Origin: a virus
DNA: 42,342 bases
IMG/VR virus record: IMGVR_UViG_3300013122_000002
Coordinates: 1 to 42,342 of that record
Reading direction: 5' to 3' (one strand)
Part shown: in pieces, positions 23,398 through 31,623 of the stretch
How the letters are laid out: every line of letters begins with the position of its first letter
Numbering within the stretch: position 1 is the first letter of the stretch
Position numbers and translations under genes: made by a program
Notes under the pieces: generated by a model
What the model saw: the letters and a program-made list of their open reading frames with translations, nothing else
Told to the model about the DNA's origin: nothing
Database searches by the model: none

Positions 23398-24772
23398 TTT
23401 AAATCCTGTATTACGTGACTTTTGGACGACAAGAGCGCGTAATAAAATCCTGTACGGCGGTCGAATGAGTGGCAAATCATGGGATGCCGCAGGGATGGCA
23501 GTTCAATTAGCCGCACGCTATAAGTTGCGGTTTTTGTGTGTTCGTCAGATTCAAAATAAGATTGATGAATCGGTGTATGCCTTGCTGAAAATTCAGATTG
23601 AAAGATTTGGATTGCAGGGCGAGTTCCGCATTCTTGAAAACAAGATCATTTCAAAGACTGGCAGTGAATTTATGTTCTATGGTCTTTGGCGGCACATCAC
23701 TGAAATTAAGTCTATTGAATCTATCGACATCCTATGGTCAGAGGAAAGCCACGCGCTTACACAATCGCAATGGGAAATATTAGAGCCGACCATTCGTAAA
23801 GAGGGTTCAGAGTGCTGGCTTTTATTCAATCCATCGCTGGTATCTGATTTCGTTTGGCGTAATTTTGTTGTCAATCCTCCGATGAACACATTGGTTCGCA
23901 AGGTCAATTTTGATGAAAATCAGTTCTTATCAAACACGGCGCTACAGGTAATCGAAAACCATCGGATTCAACATCCCGACACTTTCGAGCATATCTATTT
24001 GGGTGAGCCAAGAACCGATGACGACTCAAGCGTTATTAAAACATCGTGGATTCTTGCTGCGGTGGATGCTCACAAGCTGTTAGGCTTCGGTGATGATGGT
24101 CAGTCAAGACTTGGCTTCGATATTGCAGACGATGGAAGCGACTTGTGCGCAACCGTACACAGGAAAGGCTCTATTGCTTACTGGTGCGAAGAATGGGCAG
24201 GAAAAGAGGATGAACTACTCAAGAGTTGCAAACGCGCTTATACGTCAGCGAGAGAGCGCAATGCGCTAATCGTTTATGACTCTATTGGCGTTGGTGCTTC
24301 TGCGGGCGCTAAATTCCAAGAGTTGAACAGAGAGCTTCGGGCGAATGTCCAGTATGCTAAGTTTAATGCGGGATCAGCCGTGTTGAAACCTGAAGCATTC
24401 TACCAACCAAAAATTAAGAACAAAGACTTCTTTGCTAACCTCAAAGCCCAAGCATGGTGGTCTGTAGCGGATAGATTTCGCTTAACTTATCAGGTGGTAA
24501 ATGCAATCAAGAACGGCGAAACACCGCCACCTTATAAGGTTGATGACTTGATCAGCCTTAATTCATCCATGCCAAACCTTGAAAAGTTGAAATACGAGCT
24601 TGCTATACCGATGCGAGATTTCGACAACAATGGTCGAGTTAAAGTAGAATCTAAAAAGGATTTGGCTAAACGCGACATCAAGTCACCGAATATTGCCGAC
24701 GCGTTTATAATGGGATTTGCCCCAGTACAAGCTGGACTCAACATCAACCCCGATATTTTAGGACAACTATAA
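23369..24772 (+). CDS. terL: terminase large subunit (PBSX/Terminase_3-like)
   Basis: Walker A GGRMSGKS, then WSEESH and a C-terminal nuclease region. 467 aa. Confidence 0.85.
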   Translation: MQTMEKKKPSLNPVLRDFWTTRARNKILYGGRMSGKSWDAAGMAVQLAARYKLRFLCVRQIQNKIDESVYALLKIQIERFGLQGEFRILENKIISKTGSEFMFYGLWRHITEIKSIESIDILWSEESHALTQSQWEILEPTIRKEGSECWLLFNPSLVSDFVWRNFVVNPPMNTLVRKVNFDENQFLSNTALQVIENHRIQHPDTFEHIYLGEPRTDDDSSVIKTSWILAAVDAHKLLGFGDDGQSRLGFDIADDGSDLCATVHRKGSIAYWCEEWAGKEDELLKSCKRAYTSARERNALIVYDSIGVGASAGAKFQELNRELRANVQYAKFNAGSAVLKPEAFYQPKIKNKDFFANLKAQAWWSVADRFRLTYQVVNAIKNGETPPPYKVDDLISLNSSMPNLEKLKYELAIPMRDFDNNGRVKVESKKDLAKRDIKSPNIADAFIMGFAPVQAGLNINPDILGQL

Positions 24773-26217
24773 TGTTCAAATGGTTTAAGAAAAAGGAGAT
24801 TGTAGAGACTCCTAAAATTGATCAATATGCTGCGCTGCGTCAGATGCAGCGTGTCGTCACTATGTTGGACGACATCAAAGACTCGGGGCATTTTGTTTAT
24901 ACAATCCCTGAGCTTGCGCCTAATGTCGTGCCTGCGGGTGTAACGCCACTTATCGCTCAAGATAGTATGTGCGGGGCAATGGCTAACTATGCAGGCATGG
25001 AGCCGCAGTTCTATTCAACATTTATCGGCTACCCTGCCCTATCGTGGATGTCACAGAATGCTGATTATCGCTTAGTGCCTGAAACCGTAGCTGAAGAAAT
25101 GACGCGGGAATGGGGTAAGCTTAAAGGCGGTGATGAGGAAGTTATTAAGCAGATTGAACAGCGCCTGGATGAATTAGGCGTGCGTGACTTGATTCGCAGG
25201 CACATTGAAAACGATCACTACTTTGGGCGGTCTCAATTGTTTATCGATATTGAGGGGCAGGAAGATAAAACAGACTTGCCTTTGCTGATTAATGAGAAAG
25301 GCATCAAGAAAGGCTCATTAAAAGGCTTCTCACTGGTTGAAGCGCTTTGGTCTACCCCATCGGCTTACAATGCGAATAATCCACTACAAAATGATTTCTT
25401 TGTGCCGTATGAGTGGTATGTGTTGGGCAAGCGTGTGCATCGTGATCGATTGATGACGTTAATCATGCGACCAGTGCCCGACATGATGAAGCCGAGTTAT
25501 AACTTCGGGGGCTTGCCAATGACTCAGGCAATGAAGCCTTATGTAGAGCGTTGCGAGCGCACCGTGGATAGCGTGAGTGACCTAGTACACACATATAGCA
25601 TCACTGGCTTAAAAACCGATATGAGCGCAGTCCTAAGCGGTGGCGAGGGTTCGGCTGCAAACCTAGTAGCACGCGCTCAAATCTTCTCTAAGATGAAGAA
25701 CAATCAAAACTTGATGTTGATTGATAAATCAGGAGAGGAGGAGTTTTTCCAACTTAACACCCCATTGACCACGCTAGATATTCTATGCAGTCAAGCCTTT
25801 GAGCAGATGGCTGGCCCTGCAAAAATGCCATTGGTGAAAATGTTTGGTAAATCACCAAGCGGATTAAATGCGACAGGTGATAGCGAGATTCGCGTATGGT
25901 ACGACCATGTAGCAGCACTGCAAAATGCGCACATACTTCCGCAGATGAAAACTATCATTGACTTGGTTCAACTAGACTTATTCGGTAAAATTGATCCTGA
26001 ATTGTATTGGCAGTTTAACCCGCTGTATCAATTGGATGCTAATGAGCAAGCGGACGTTGATTTGAAGAAAGCACAGACGGCACAGGTTTACGTGGACATG
26101 GGTGTGATTGATAACATTGAACAGCGCGAGATTCTTCAGTCTGACGAGGATGGGCCATATACAGGACTGGATATGACTAAGGATATGGATTCGTATAATG
26201 ATGTTGATGTAGAATAA
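24772..26217 (+). CDS. portal protein (DUF1073-like)
   Basis: 481 aa, ATGA-coupled to terL, acidic C-terminus. The position and size are canonical for a portal. Confidence 0.8.
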   Translation: MFKWFKKKEIVETPKIDQYAALRQMQRVVTMLDDIKDSGHFVYTIPELAPNVVPAGVTPLIAQDSMCGAMANYAGMEPQFYSTFIGYPALSWMSQNADYRLVPETVAEEMTREWGKLKGGDEEVIKQIEQRLDELGVRDLIRRHIENDHYFGRSQLFIDIEGQEDKTDLPLLINEKGIKKGSLKGFSLVEALWSTPSAYNANNPLQNDFFVPYEWYVLGKRVHRDRLMTLIMRPVPDMMKPSYNFGGLPMTQAMKPYVERCERTVDSVSDLVHTYSITGLKTDMSAVLSGGEGSAANLVARAQIFSKMKNNQNLMLIDKSGEEEFFQLNTPLTTLDILCSQAFEQMAGPAKMPLVKMFGKSPSGLNATGDSEIRVWYDHVAALQNAHILPQMKTIIDLVQLDLFGKIDPELYWQFNPLYQLDANEQADVDLKKAQTAQVYVDMGVIDNIEQREILQSDEDGPYTGLDMTKDMDSYNDVDVE

Positions 26218-26241
26218 CCACGTAGGCAACTACATTTGACG

Positions 26242-26267
26242 ACCCACTGTAACAGGTGGGTTTTTTA
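26242..26267 (+). terminator. intrinsic terminator after the portal gene
   Basis: CCCAC..GTGGG stem followed by T6. Confidence 0.7.
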
Positions 26268-26362
26268 ATACATAAGAAAAAATGATAAGTATATTAGAAT
26301 TATGAATTGTACTAAAAACTGTGGACACAGTATTATAAGAATATATAAAGCGAGGTGTGATT

Positions 26363-26548
26363 ATGAAAGTAAAAATCAAAAGCTTTAACGGTGAGCTTCC
26401 TGATTATTTGACCGAGGATAAAGAGTATGAATTTAAAAAACTAAAAGAATACTGTGGATTAGTAAAGGTTGATAATGGTCTTGAGTATTTTACTTATTTG
26501 AATGGTTCATGTCATTTAAACGGCGGGTCATGGGAGATTGCTGATTGA
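26363..26548 (+). CDS. small protein, MK(V/I)KIKSFNG family, copy 1
   Basis: 61 aa. Paralog of 29136..29327 (shared MKxKIKSFNGxLPxYL...HLNGGSWE). GAGGTG SD. Confidence 0.6.
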   Translation: MKVKIKSFNGELPDYLTEDKEYEFKKLKEYCGLVKVDNGLEYFTYLNGSCHLNGGSWEIAD

Positions 26549-26688
26549 AAAAAAACTATAACCACACGCGAGAAATCAAAAAGGTTTCTTTAGGTGTGAC
26601 AAAAGATGCTGACATTATCACTTACATCAAAGATAAAGAGTTCAGCACCTACGTTAAAAAATTGATTCGAGAGGATATGAAGAAATGA
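26545..26688 (+). CDS. possible ribbon-helix-helix DNA-binding protein (TTG start)
   Basis: 47 aa: MKKNYNHTREIKKVSLGVTKDADIITYIKDKEFSTYVKKLIREDMKK. The pattern reads as beta strand, helix, helix. Overlaps the upstream stop. Confidence 0.4.
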   Translation: MKKNYNHTREIKKVSLGVTKDADIITYIKDKEFSTYVKKLIREDMKK

Positions 26689-26741
26689 AAAAGAATATGA
26701 AAATAGAGATCAACAAAGAAAAACCGCTTGATTAGGTGGTT

Positions 26742-26912
26742 ATGGAGTTAGAAAGAATTGGTTTTAAAAAGGCTGGATGGATTGGATATAGAAATGTGAG
26801 CTTCATTACAACAAGTAAGCTAGGTTTTTATACAGACCACGCCATTAGTTTTTGGAGTGTTTTTGGGGACTCACCATTAACCACACTAGCAGAACTAAAG
26901 GAGATGAAATGA
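26742..26912 (+). CDS. hypothetical 56-aa protein
   Basis: MELERIGFKKAGWIGYRNVSF.... AGGTGG upstream. In frame with a 16-codon ORF (26685-26735) that ends in TAG. Confidence 0.4.
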   Translation: MELERIGFKKAGWIGYRNVSFITTSKLGFYTDHAISFWSVFGDSPLTTLAELKEMK

Positions 26913-26995
26913 AAAACCTAGCATACAATACACTAGCAGGGCTGATCTACGCAGCGCCATTGGTTTGGATTATTTTATTTGAGGTGGGGAAATGA
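26909..26995 (+). CDS. possible 28-aa membrane peptide
   Basis: MKNLAYNTLAGLIYAAPLVWIILFEVGK. Overlaps the upstream gene by 4 nt (ATG 26909, stop ends 26912). Its TGA is ATGA-coupled to the next ATG at 26992. Confidence 0.25.
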   Translation: MKNLAYNTLAGLIYAAPLVWIILFEVGK

Positions 26996-27372
26996 GCGAA
27001 TTAATTAGCAAGGAAGAAGCGAAGCTGGCTTGGGCTAATGGCAAAAAATTGCAAATAGCTAACACGATTGTTGGCGAAGATTTTTACGACATGGATGATA
27101 GCAATACAACGTTAAATATTTTTGATTTGGATTTTTATAAATTCCGCCTAAAACCACGCACAATCACCATTAATGGAATTGAAGTGCCTGCGCCTTTTGA
27201 GCCGAAGCACGGGGATGACATATGGTTTTTAAATCCTGACTATGGCTGCGGGTATGCCGATGGAGATTACGACCCCGCGGAATCCGTAATTCAATTCGGA
27301 GTATGGCAGACAGAAGATGAAATTAAACAGGTTGTTTCTGCATTGCGTTCTGTTTTTAAGGGTGGTGTGTGA
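26992..27372 (+). CDS. hypothetical protein
   Basis: 126-aa ORF with a GGTGGGG SD. Confidence 0.6.
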   Translation: MSELISKEEAKLAWANGKKLQIANTIVGEDFYDMDDSNTTLNIFDLDFYKFRLKPRTITINGIEVPAPFEPKHGDDIWFLNPDYGCGYADGDYDPAESVIQFGVWQTEDEIKQVVSALRSVFKGGV

Positions 27373-27485
27373 TGACTAAACTACTATGCCTATTCAGATT
27401 CCATACTTTCGAGTATGAAGAAAATATTTTAACAGGCAAGCGTTACAAGGTATGCCGACATTGCGGAGTTAGTCGTGAAGCCTGA
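27372..27485 (+). CDS. possible DUF1660-like 37-aa peptide
   Basis: MTKLLCLFRFHTFEYEENILTGKRYKVCRHCGVSREA. Has a C..F.H...C.HCG pattern. Overlaps the upstream stop. Confidence 0.35.
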   Translation: MTKLLCLFRFHTFEYEENILTGKRYKVCRHCGVSREA

Positions 27486-27550
27486 ATTACTTGCCTTTGC
27501 TTTTATGTCACCTTTAGTGTTTTTAATTATTTATGTGGGAGTGATGATGA

Positions 27551-27817
27551 ATGGATTTTGAACAAATGAAAAAAATCGTGGATGGTGCGCCTATTGGTGC
27601 GACAGATTACAGTGATGAAGATTGTGAAATCACTTATTACCAAAAAACAAACAACGTCATTTACTGGGATGATATTTATGATGCTTGGGATGAGGTGTAT
27701 TTCGAAATGCCTGAATTGAAACCACTATCAGACCTCCGAACCGAACTAGCCAAACACGAACCTATGGAATTGCGATCTGTTGATATTCCACACGGTACTA
27801 TTGTTTTGGAGAAGTGA
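27551..27817 (+). CDS. divergent, longer ATHY-family-like protein
   Basis: 88 aa: ..IVDGAPIGATDYSDED...ELKPL... GGGAG SD. Confidence 0.6.
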   Translation: MDFEQMKKIVDGAPIGATDYSDEDCEITYYQKTNNVIYWDDIYDAWDEVYFEMPELKPLSDLRTELAKHEPMELRSVDIPHGTIVLEK

Positions 27818-27960
27818 TGAAAGCCAATCTCGATGACGCGACACACTGGCAGCAAAGGCACGATGAATATTGGATGTTGTTTAGCGGCGTGTACTATCTT
27901 TTTAACGAAGGGCATTGGCAAAGAGCTAAGCCTGACTTGGACGGCATGGTGGAATTATGA
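27817..27960 (+). CDS. ATHY-motif small protein family member (ATHW variant)
   Basis: MKANLDDATHWQQRHDEYWMLF... (47 aa). ATGA coupling. Confidence 0.45.
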   Translation: MKANLDDATHWQQRHDEYWMLFSGVYYLFNEGHWQRAKPDLDGMVEL

Positions 27961-28121
27961 ATAACCATAGATATAAAATAGGTCAAAGGGTGCGGCATGG
28001 TTTAACTGGTCGTGATTTTTATATTGTTGGAATTAAGACATGCTTAATCGGTTATGCGGAAACAAAATTGATTGTTCACGAAAACAAGAATGAGCCTTCA
28101 AGAAATGGATTTACAATGTAG
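27957..28121 (+). CDS. hypothetical 54-aa protein
   Basis: MNNHRYKIGQRVRHGLTGRDFYIVGIK.... ATGA coupling. Confidence 0.4.
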   Translation: MNNHRYKIGQRVRHGLTGRDFYIVGIKTCLIGYAETKLIVHENKNEPSRNGFTM

Positions 28122-28144
28122 CCTTGCCACTGTGAGGTAATAAA

Positions 28145-28315
28145 ATGACAAGCCAAGAAATCAAAGATAGAGCGCCTTGTGAGGCAACTCATTACGGATG
28201 CGACTATGACGACCTTATTTATTTTTACGCTAGACCGTGGGGCTATCATTATTGCGGATCAAATAACCTAGTTGATGAATACGAAGTCTACATGTTCAAT
28301 ATCAAACCACTCTAG
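28145..28315 (+). CDS. ATHY-motif small protein family member
   Basis: MTSQEIKDRAPCEATHYGCDYDD...FNIKPL (56 aa). GAGG SD. Confidence 0.5.
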   Translation: MTSQEIKDRAPCEATHYGCDYDDLIYFYARPWGYHYCGSNNLVDEYEVYMFNIKPL

Positions 28316-28360
28316 CAGTGGTAATATAACCAAACCCAAGCTCAATAATTTAGGTTAGCC

Positions 28361-29128
28361 ATGAAACAAAAAAAGCCAATCGTTCTGCCGTTAATACCGC
28401 CATCCGTTCGTATTCAAAAAGAATATGAACGCATGATGATGGATATGATTGACGAAATCCGTGCAGAAGTAATCCGAGATATTGTAAAGCCATTTAAAAA
28501 TGATTTGGCAATGGATGGAATTACAGATTGGCTTTCTCACGTCATGGATGCGGTGATTAATCGTTGGTCGTATAACCTAGATCGAATTGCTCCTGAAATG
28601 GCGAAAGTGTTTGTCGGTAAATCCAAATCCAACTACGAGCGTAGATTGTTGTCTATTCTGCGTAGACGTGGCTTTACGGTTGGGTTTAATCATTCCCAGT
28701 ATGTTGAAGAACAGATGCAAGTTGCATTGGGTGAAAACATCGGTTTGATTAAATCGGTTGGTGAACAATATCTTGACCGTGTGCGCTTGTCTGTGTGGCA
28801 ATCGGTTAAGGGTGGTTACGATGTTGAGGGCTTAGTAAAGCGCCTACGTGAAATCGATGGTATGTCAGAGCGTAGAGCTAAGATTATTGCGTCAGATCAA
28901 GTAAGTAAAATAAACCAAGCCATTGAGGAAGCCAGAGCAACTGAGTTGGGTGTAACAAGGGCTATATGGGTTCATTCTAGTGCGAGCAAGGAACCACGCC
29001 CTAGCCATGTAAAAGCAAGCGGAACAGAGTATGAATTGCAGAAAGGTTTATATTTGGATGGAGAATGGCTTAAACCTGCTCAAGCCATAAACTGCCGTTG
29101 TAGACCTAGACTTATTATTGAATTGTGA
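28361..29128 (+). CDS. head morphogenesis protein (Mu gpF / SPP1 gp7-like)
   Basis: 255 aa. The C-terminal ...RPSHVKASG.EY......NCRCRP motif is typical of Mu-F family proteins. Confidence 0.8.
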   Translation: MKQKKPIVLPLIPPSVRIQKEYERMMMDMIDEIRAEVIRDIVKPFKNDLAMDGITDWLSHVMDAVINRWSYNLDRIAPEMAKVFVGKSKSNYERRLLSILRRRGFTVGFNHSQYVEEQMQVALGENIGLIKSVGEQYLDRVRLSVWQSVKGGYDVEGLVKRLREIDGMSERRAKIIASDQVSKINQAIEEARATELGVTRAIWVHSSASKEPRPSHVKASGTEYELQKGLYLDGEWLKPAQAINCRCRPRLIIEL

Positions 29129-29135
29129 GGTTTTT

Positions 29136-29327
29136 ATGAAAATTAAGATAAAAAGCTTTAATGGTGATTTACCTTGCTACTTAAGTGAAAATAAAGAATA
29201 TGAGATAGAATATTTAAGCGGAGATTCCATCTTTATTACAACTGGATTTGACGATCCAGAGTATATATCGGTGACAAAAGAGAATTGCAAGCATCTAAAT
29301 GGTGGAAGCTGGGAGAATGCAAAATGA
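29136..29327 (+). CDS. small protein, MK(V/I)KIKSFNG family, copy 2
   Basis: 63 aa from ATG 29136. Paralog of 26363..26548. GTGAGG SD. Confidence 0.6.
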   Translation: MKIKIKSFNGDLPCYLSENKEYEIEYLSGDSIFITTGFDDPEYISVTKENCKHLNGGSWENAK

Positions 29328-29494
29328 CCCCAACGGAACTACGCGCACGCGCACCAAGAGACGCAACGCACTACGACTTTGAGAACGGCAAGCCAGTATT
29401 CTTTAAAAAGAATGATCTAGGCTTTACGTTCAAATCCAATGGCGGTGCATGGCAAATGATTAAAGTAAGTTTGAATAGTTATAAGAGGTTGTGA
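29324..29494 (+). CDS. ATHY-motif small protein family member
   Basis: MTPTELRARAPRDATHYDFENGKPVFF... (56 aa). ATGA coupling. Confidence 0.5.
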   Translation: MTPTELRARAPRDATHYDFENGKPVFFKKNDLGFTFKSNGGAWQMIKVSLNSYKRL

Positions 29495-29658
29495 TGGATA
29501 TTAAGAAAAACGCGCCTGATGTGGCAACGCATTACAGTGAGACTGATATGGAGTATATTTTTTTAAAAGAATCATATAAGTATGGCTGGAAGTGTTTTGT
29601 GTTTGGGGTATGGAAACCATACATTGCAGAAGATAATGAAGAAATAAAACCATTATAA
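29494..29658 (+). CDS. ATHY-motif small protein family member
   Basis: MDIKKNAPDVATHYSETDMEY...EEIKPL (54 aa). ATGA-type coupling. Confidence 0.5.
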   Translation: MDIKKNAPDVATHYSETDMEYIFLKESYKYGWKCFVFGVWKPYIAEDNEEIKPL

Positions 29659-29673
29659 TAGGGCTTTCCATTG

Positions 29674-29682
29674 TGATATAAT
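29674..29682 (+). promoter_or_regulatory. extended -10 promoter TGATATAAT
   Basis: Perfect TATAAT with an upstream TG, 20 nt before ATG 29702 (GGAGA SD). Confidence 0.45.
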
Positions 29683-29701
29683 TTATTTTTTGGAGATTGA
29701 T

Positions 29702-29860
29702 ATGGTTATTGAAAAAGGAACTGTAATTCATCTTAATGGGATTCCATTTAAATTAAGCGAAGATGCTCAGGTTTTAGGTAATGATGAAAACTTGAAACTA
29801 GCCAAAGAATTGAGCGATAATAGTTTTGATCGCAAGGGCAGTTGTGACGAAAATCCATAG
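29702..29860 (+). CDS. hypothetical 52-aa protein
   Basis: MVIEKGTVIHLNGIPFKLSEDAQVLGNDENLKLAKELSDNSFDRKGSCDENP. Has its own promoter-like element and SD. Confidence 0.45.
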   Translation: MVIEKGTVIHLNGIPFKLSEDAQVLGNDENLKLAKELSDNSFDRKGSCDENP

Positions 29861-29914
29861 TAGGATATGGTGTAAATTAGACTCTTAAATGGGTCTTTTT
29901 TATTGCCTGCCGTT

Positions 29915-29923
29915 TGCTATAAT
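29915..29923 (+). promoter_or_regulatory. extended -10 promoter TGCTATAAT (scaffold/capsid genes)
   Basis: TGC plus perfect TATAAT, 26 nt upstream of ATG 29949. Follows a weak hairpin. Confidence 0.45.
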
Positions 29924-29948
29924 CAATTTTATTTATAAGGCGTTTACT

Positions 29949-31106
29949 ATGCCAAAATACGCTATGGACTTCCAAACCCTAACCACGGCGCGGCACAAAG
30001 ACAACAATGGACATCTAATCGTTGATCGAACCTGCATTACCAAAGCTGCGATTAACCCATATCGAGGTCAAGAAATCCCAAACTGGCAAGCTTTAGGATT
30101 GGATCCGAATAAGGTTTATATGCTATTGCGCTGCCCTGCTGAGCTGCAACGCGCATTGCCTACATTTCAGGGTTTGCAACTGTTAGAGCGTCACACACCA
30201 GTTTCATCCGAAGAACCTGAGAAAGAATCCACAGTTGGTAGCATTGGCACTGTTGTTGAAATGGACGGGGACAATGTATACTCTAGCTTACGTGTATATG
30301 ATCAGAACGCAATCGACCTGATTGAGTCTGAGAAGTTAAACCAGTTATCTGCGGGATATGCGTATACTGCTGATATGACAGGCGGTGAATGGAACGGGGA
30401 GCACTATGACGGTGTGATGCGTAATATTCACGGTAATCACGTTGCTTTAGTTGAACGTGGTCGTATCGGTAAAGATGCTATTATTGCAGATGAGATGCCT
30501 AACGAAATTGAGGAATTTTTAATGAGCAAGAAAATTGCCCTGAAAAAAGGCTCGTTATCTAAACTCCAAGAACAACTTGGAATGGATTCAGCCGAAGAAC
30601 TGAAAAAGACCATTATTGCAGTTGTGGGGCAATTAGCTCATGACGAAGATGTGGAAGAAAAGGAAGCTGAGGACGAGGACGACGAGAAGAAGACCGACGC
30701 CGAAGATGAAGAAGTAATCGAAGTCGCTGAAGATGAAGATGAAGATGATGATGATAAAAAGTCTGACGCAGAAGATGAAGACGACAAAGACGACAAAAAG
30801 CAAGCTATGGACGCTGCTATGATCGAATCTAACGCTGTTGCTAAAGTAACCGCTCTATTTGAAGCACGCGAAAAGGTTAAGCCGATTGTTGGTCAGATTG
30901 CTTGCGATAGCGCGGAAGAAGTTTATAAAACTGCTTTGGCTAAATCAGGCGTGTCTACTAAAGGCGTTCATCCTTCTGCATACGGTGCTATGGTTGATCT
31001 TGTGTTGCAAGGCAAACAAAACACTCCAAACATTGCCCAAGACTCAGCTTATGCAAGTGCGTCTACGGGCTTGAAATCAATCACTGGTCATATTCGTAAG
31101 GGGTAA
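29949..31106 (+). CDS. DUF2213-like scaffold/prohead-protease protein with an acidic C-terminal region
   Basis: From ATG 29949 (MPKYAMDFQ...). ..SAGYAYTADMTGGEWNGEHYDGVMRNIHGNHVALVERGRIG matches the DUF2213 core. A long E/D/K low-complexity stretch follows. Confidence 0.75.
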   Translation: MPKYAMDFQTLTTARHKDNNGHLIVDRTCITKAAINPYRGQEIPNWQALGLDPNKVYMLLRCPAELQRALPTFQGLQLLERHTPVSSEEPEKESTVGSIGTVVEMDGDNVYSSLRVYDQNAIDLIESEKLNQLSAGYAYTADMTGGEWNGEHYDGVMRNIHGNHVALVERGRIGKDAIIADEMPNEIEEFLMSKKIALKKGSLSKLQEQLGMDSAEELKKTIIAVVGQLAHDEDVEEKEAEDEDDEKKTDAEDEEVIEVAEDEDEDDDDKKSDAEDEDDKDDKKQAMDAAMIESNAVAKVTALFEAREKVKPIVGQIACDSAEEVYKTALAKSGVSTKGVHPSAYGAMVDLVLQGKQNTPNIAQDSAYASASTGLKSITGHIRKG

Positions 31107-31110
31107 TATC

Positions 31111-31611
31111 ATGGCTACAGGTTTTCAACAAACAATTAACCGCAATGTCCCTTTAGCTGTTGAGGGTGATTTCGCGGCTGCTGGCCCGTACCACGCGGTG
31201 CTTGCAGGTAATCAGCAATTAAAAGCATCGGCTACAGGTGTGACTATTGCACGCTTTGCATGGGTTAACATTGCAAACGGTCAAGTAGCGAATGCCAAGC
31301 CTGCTGATTTAACCAATCAGGTAGTAGGTTTTGTTCGTCGTGGTGAAAATACTGCTTTGATTACTGGCTACCGTGCTGAAACATCAATGCTTATCCCTGC
31401 GGGCTTCGGTGTAACGCTTTATGACCGTGGCGACTTTTGGGTTAAAACAACCACTGCTGCAACAGTAGGCCAAAAGGTATTTGCTTCTGATACTACAGGC
31501 GAAATCGCTACAGGTGCGGCGGGTGCTACAGTTGCAGGCTTCACAGAAACAGAATTTAAGGTAGCTTCCATCGGTGATGTTGGCGAACTTATCAAAATTA
31601 CAGCATTTTAA
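31111..31611 (+). CDS. head decoration/cement-like protein
   Basis: 166 aa between the scaffold and major capsid genes. The functional call is positional. Confidence 0.55.
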   Translation: MATGFQQTINRNVPLAVEGDFAAAGPYHAVLAGNQQLKASATGVTIARFAWVNIANGQVANAKPADLTNQVVGFVRRGENTALITGYRAETSMLIPAGFGVTLYDRGDFWVKTTTAATVGQKVFASDTTGEIATGAAGATVAGFTETEFKVASIGDVGELIKITAF

Positions 31612-31623
31612 GAGGACTGAATA

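Noticed and set aside
19041-26290. ATAAGAAA motif after the terminators at 19044 and 26271, as possible additional copies of the cassette 5' boundary
   Set aside because: Only the 8-mer is shared, and the same 8-mer also occurs inside coding sequence (around 16700 and 21413). No leader RNA follows. The similarity is too weak to call.
28316-28360. GTGGTAATATAACC...TTTAGGTTA upstream of the Mu-F gene as a degenerate fifth leader copy
   Set aside because: It has a TAACC/GGTTA complementarity and the TTTAGGTTA word, but no P1, P2 or P3 helices can be drawn. AGGT here is probably just the SD.
30640-30810. GAAGATGAAGA/GACGA-rich tandem-like repeats
   Set aside because: This is codon-level low complexity encoding the E/D/K-rich scaffold tail, not a discrete DNA repeat, CRISPR array or iteron set.
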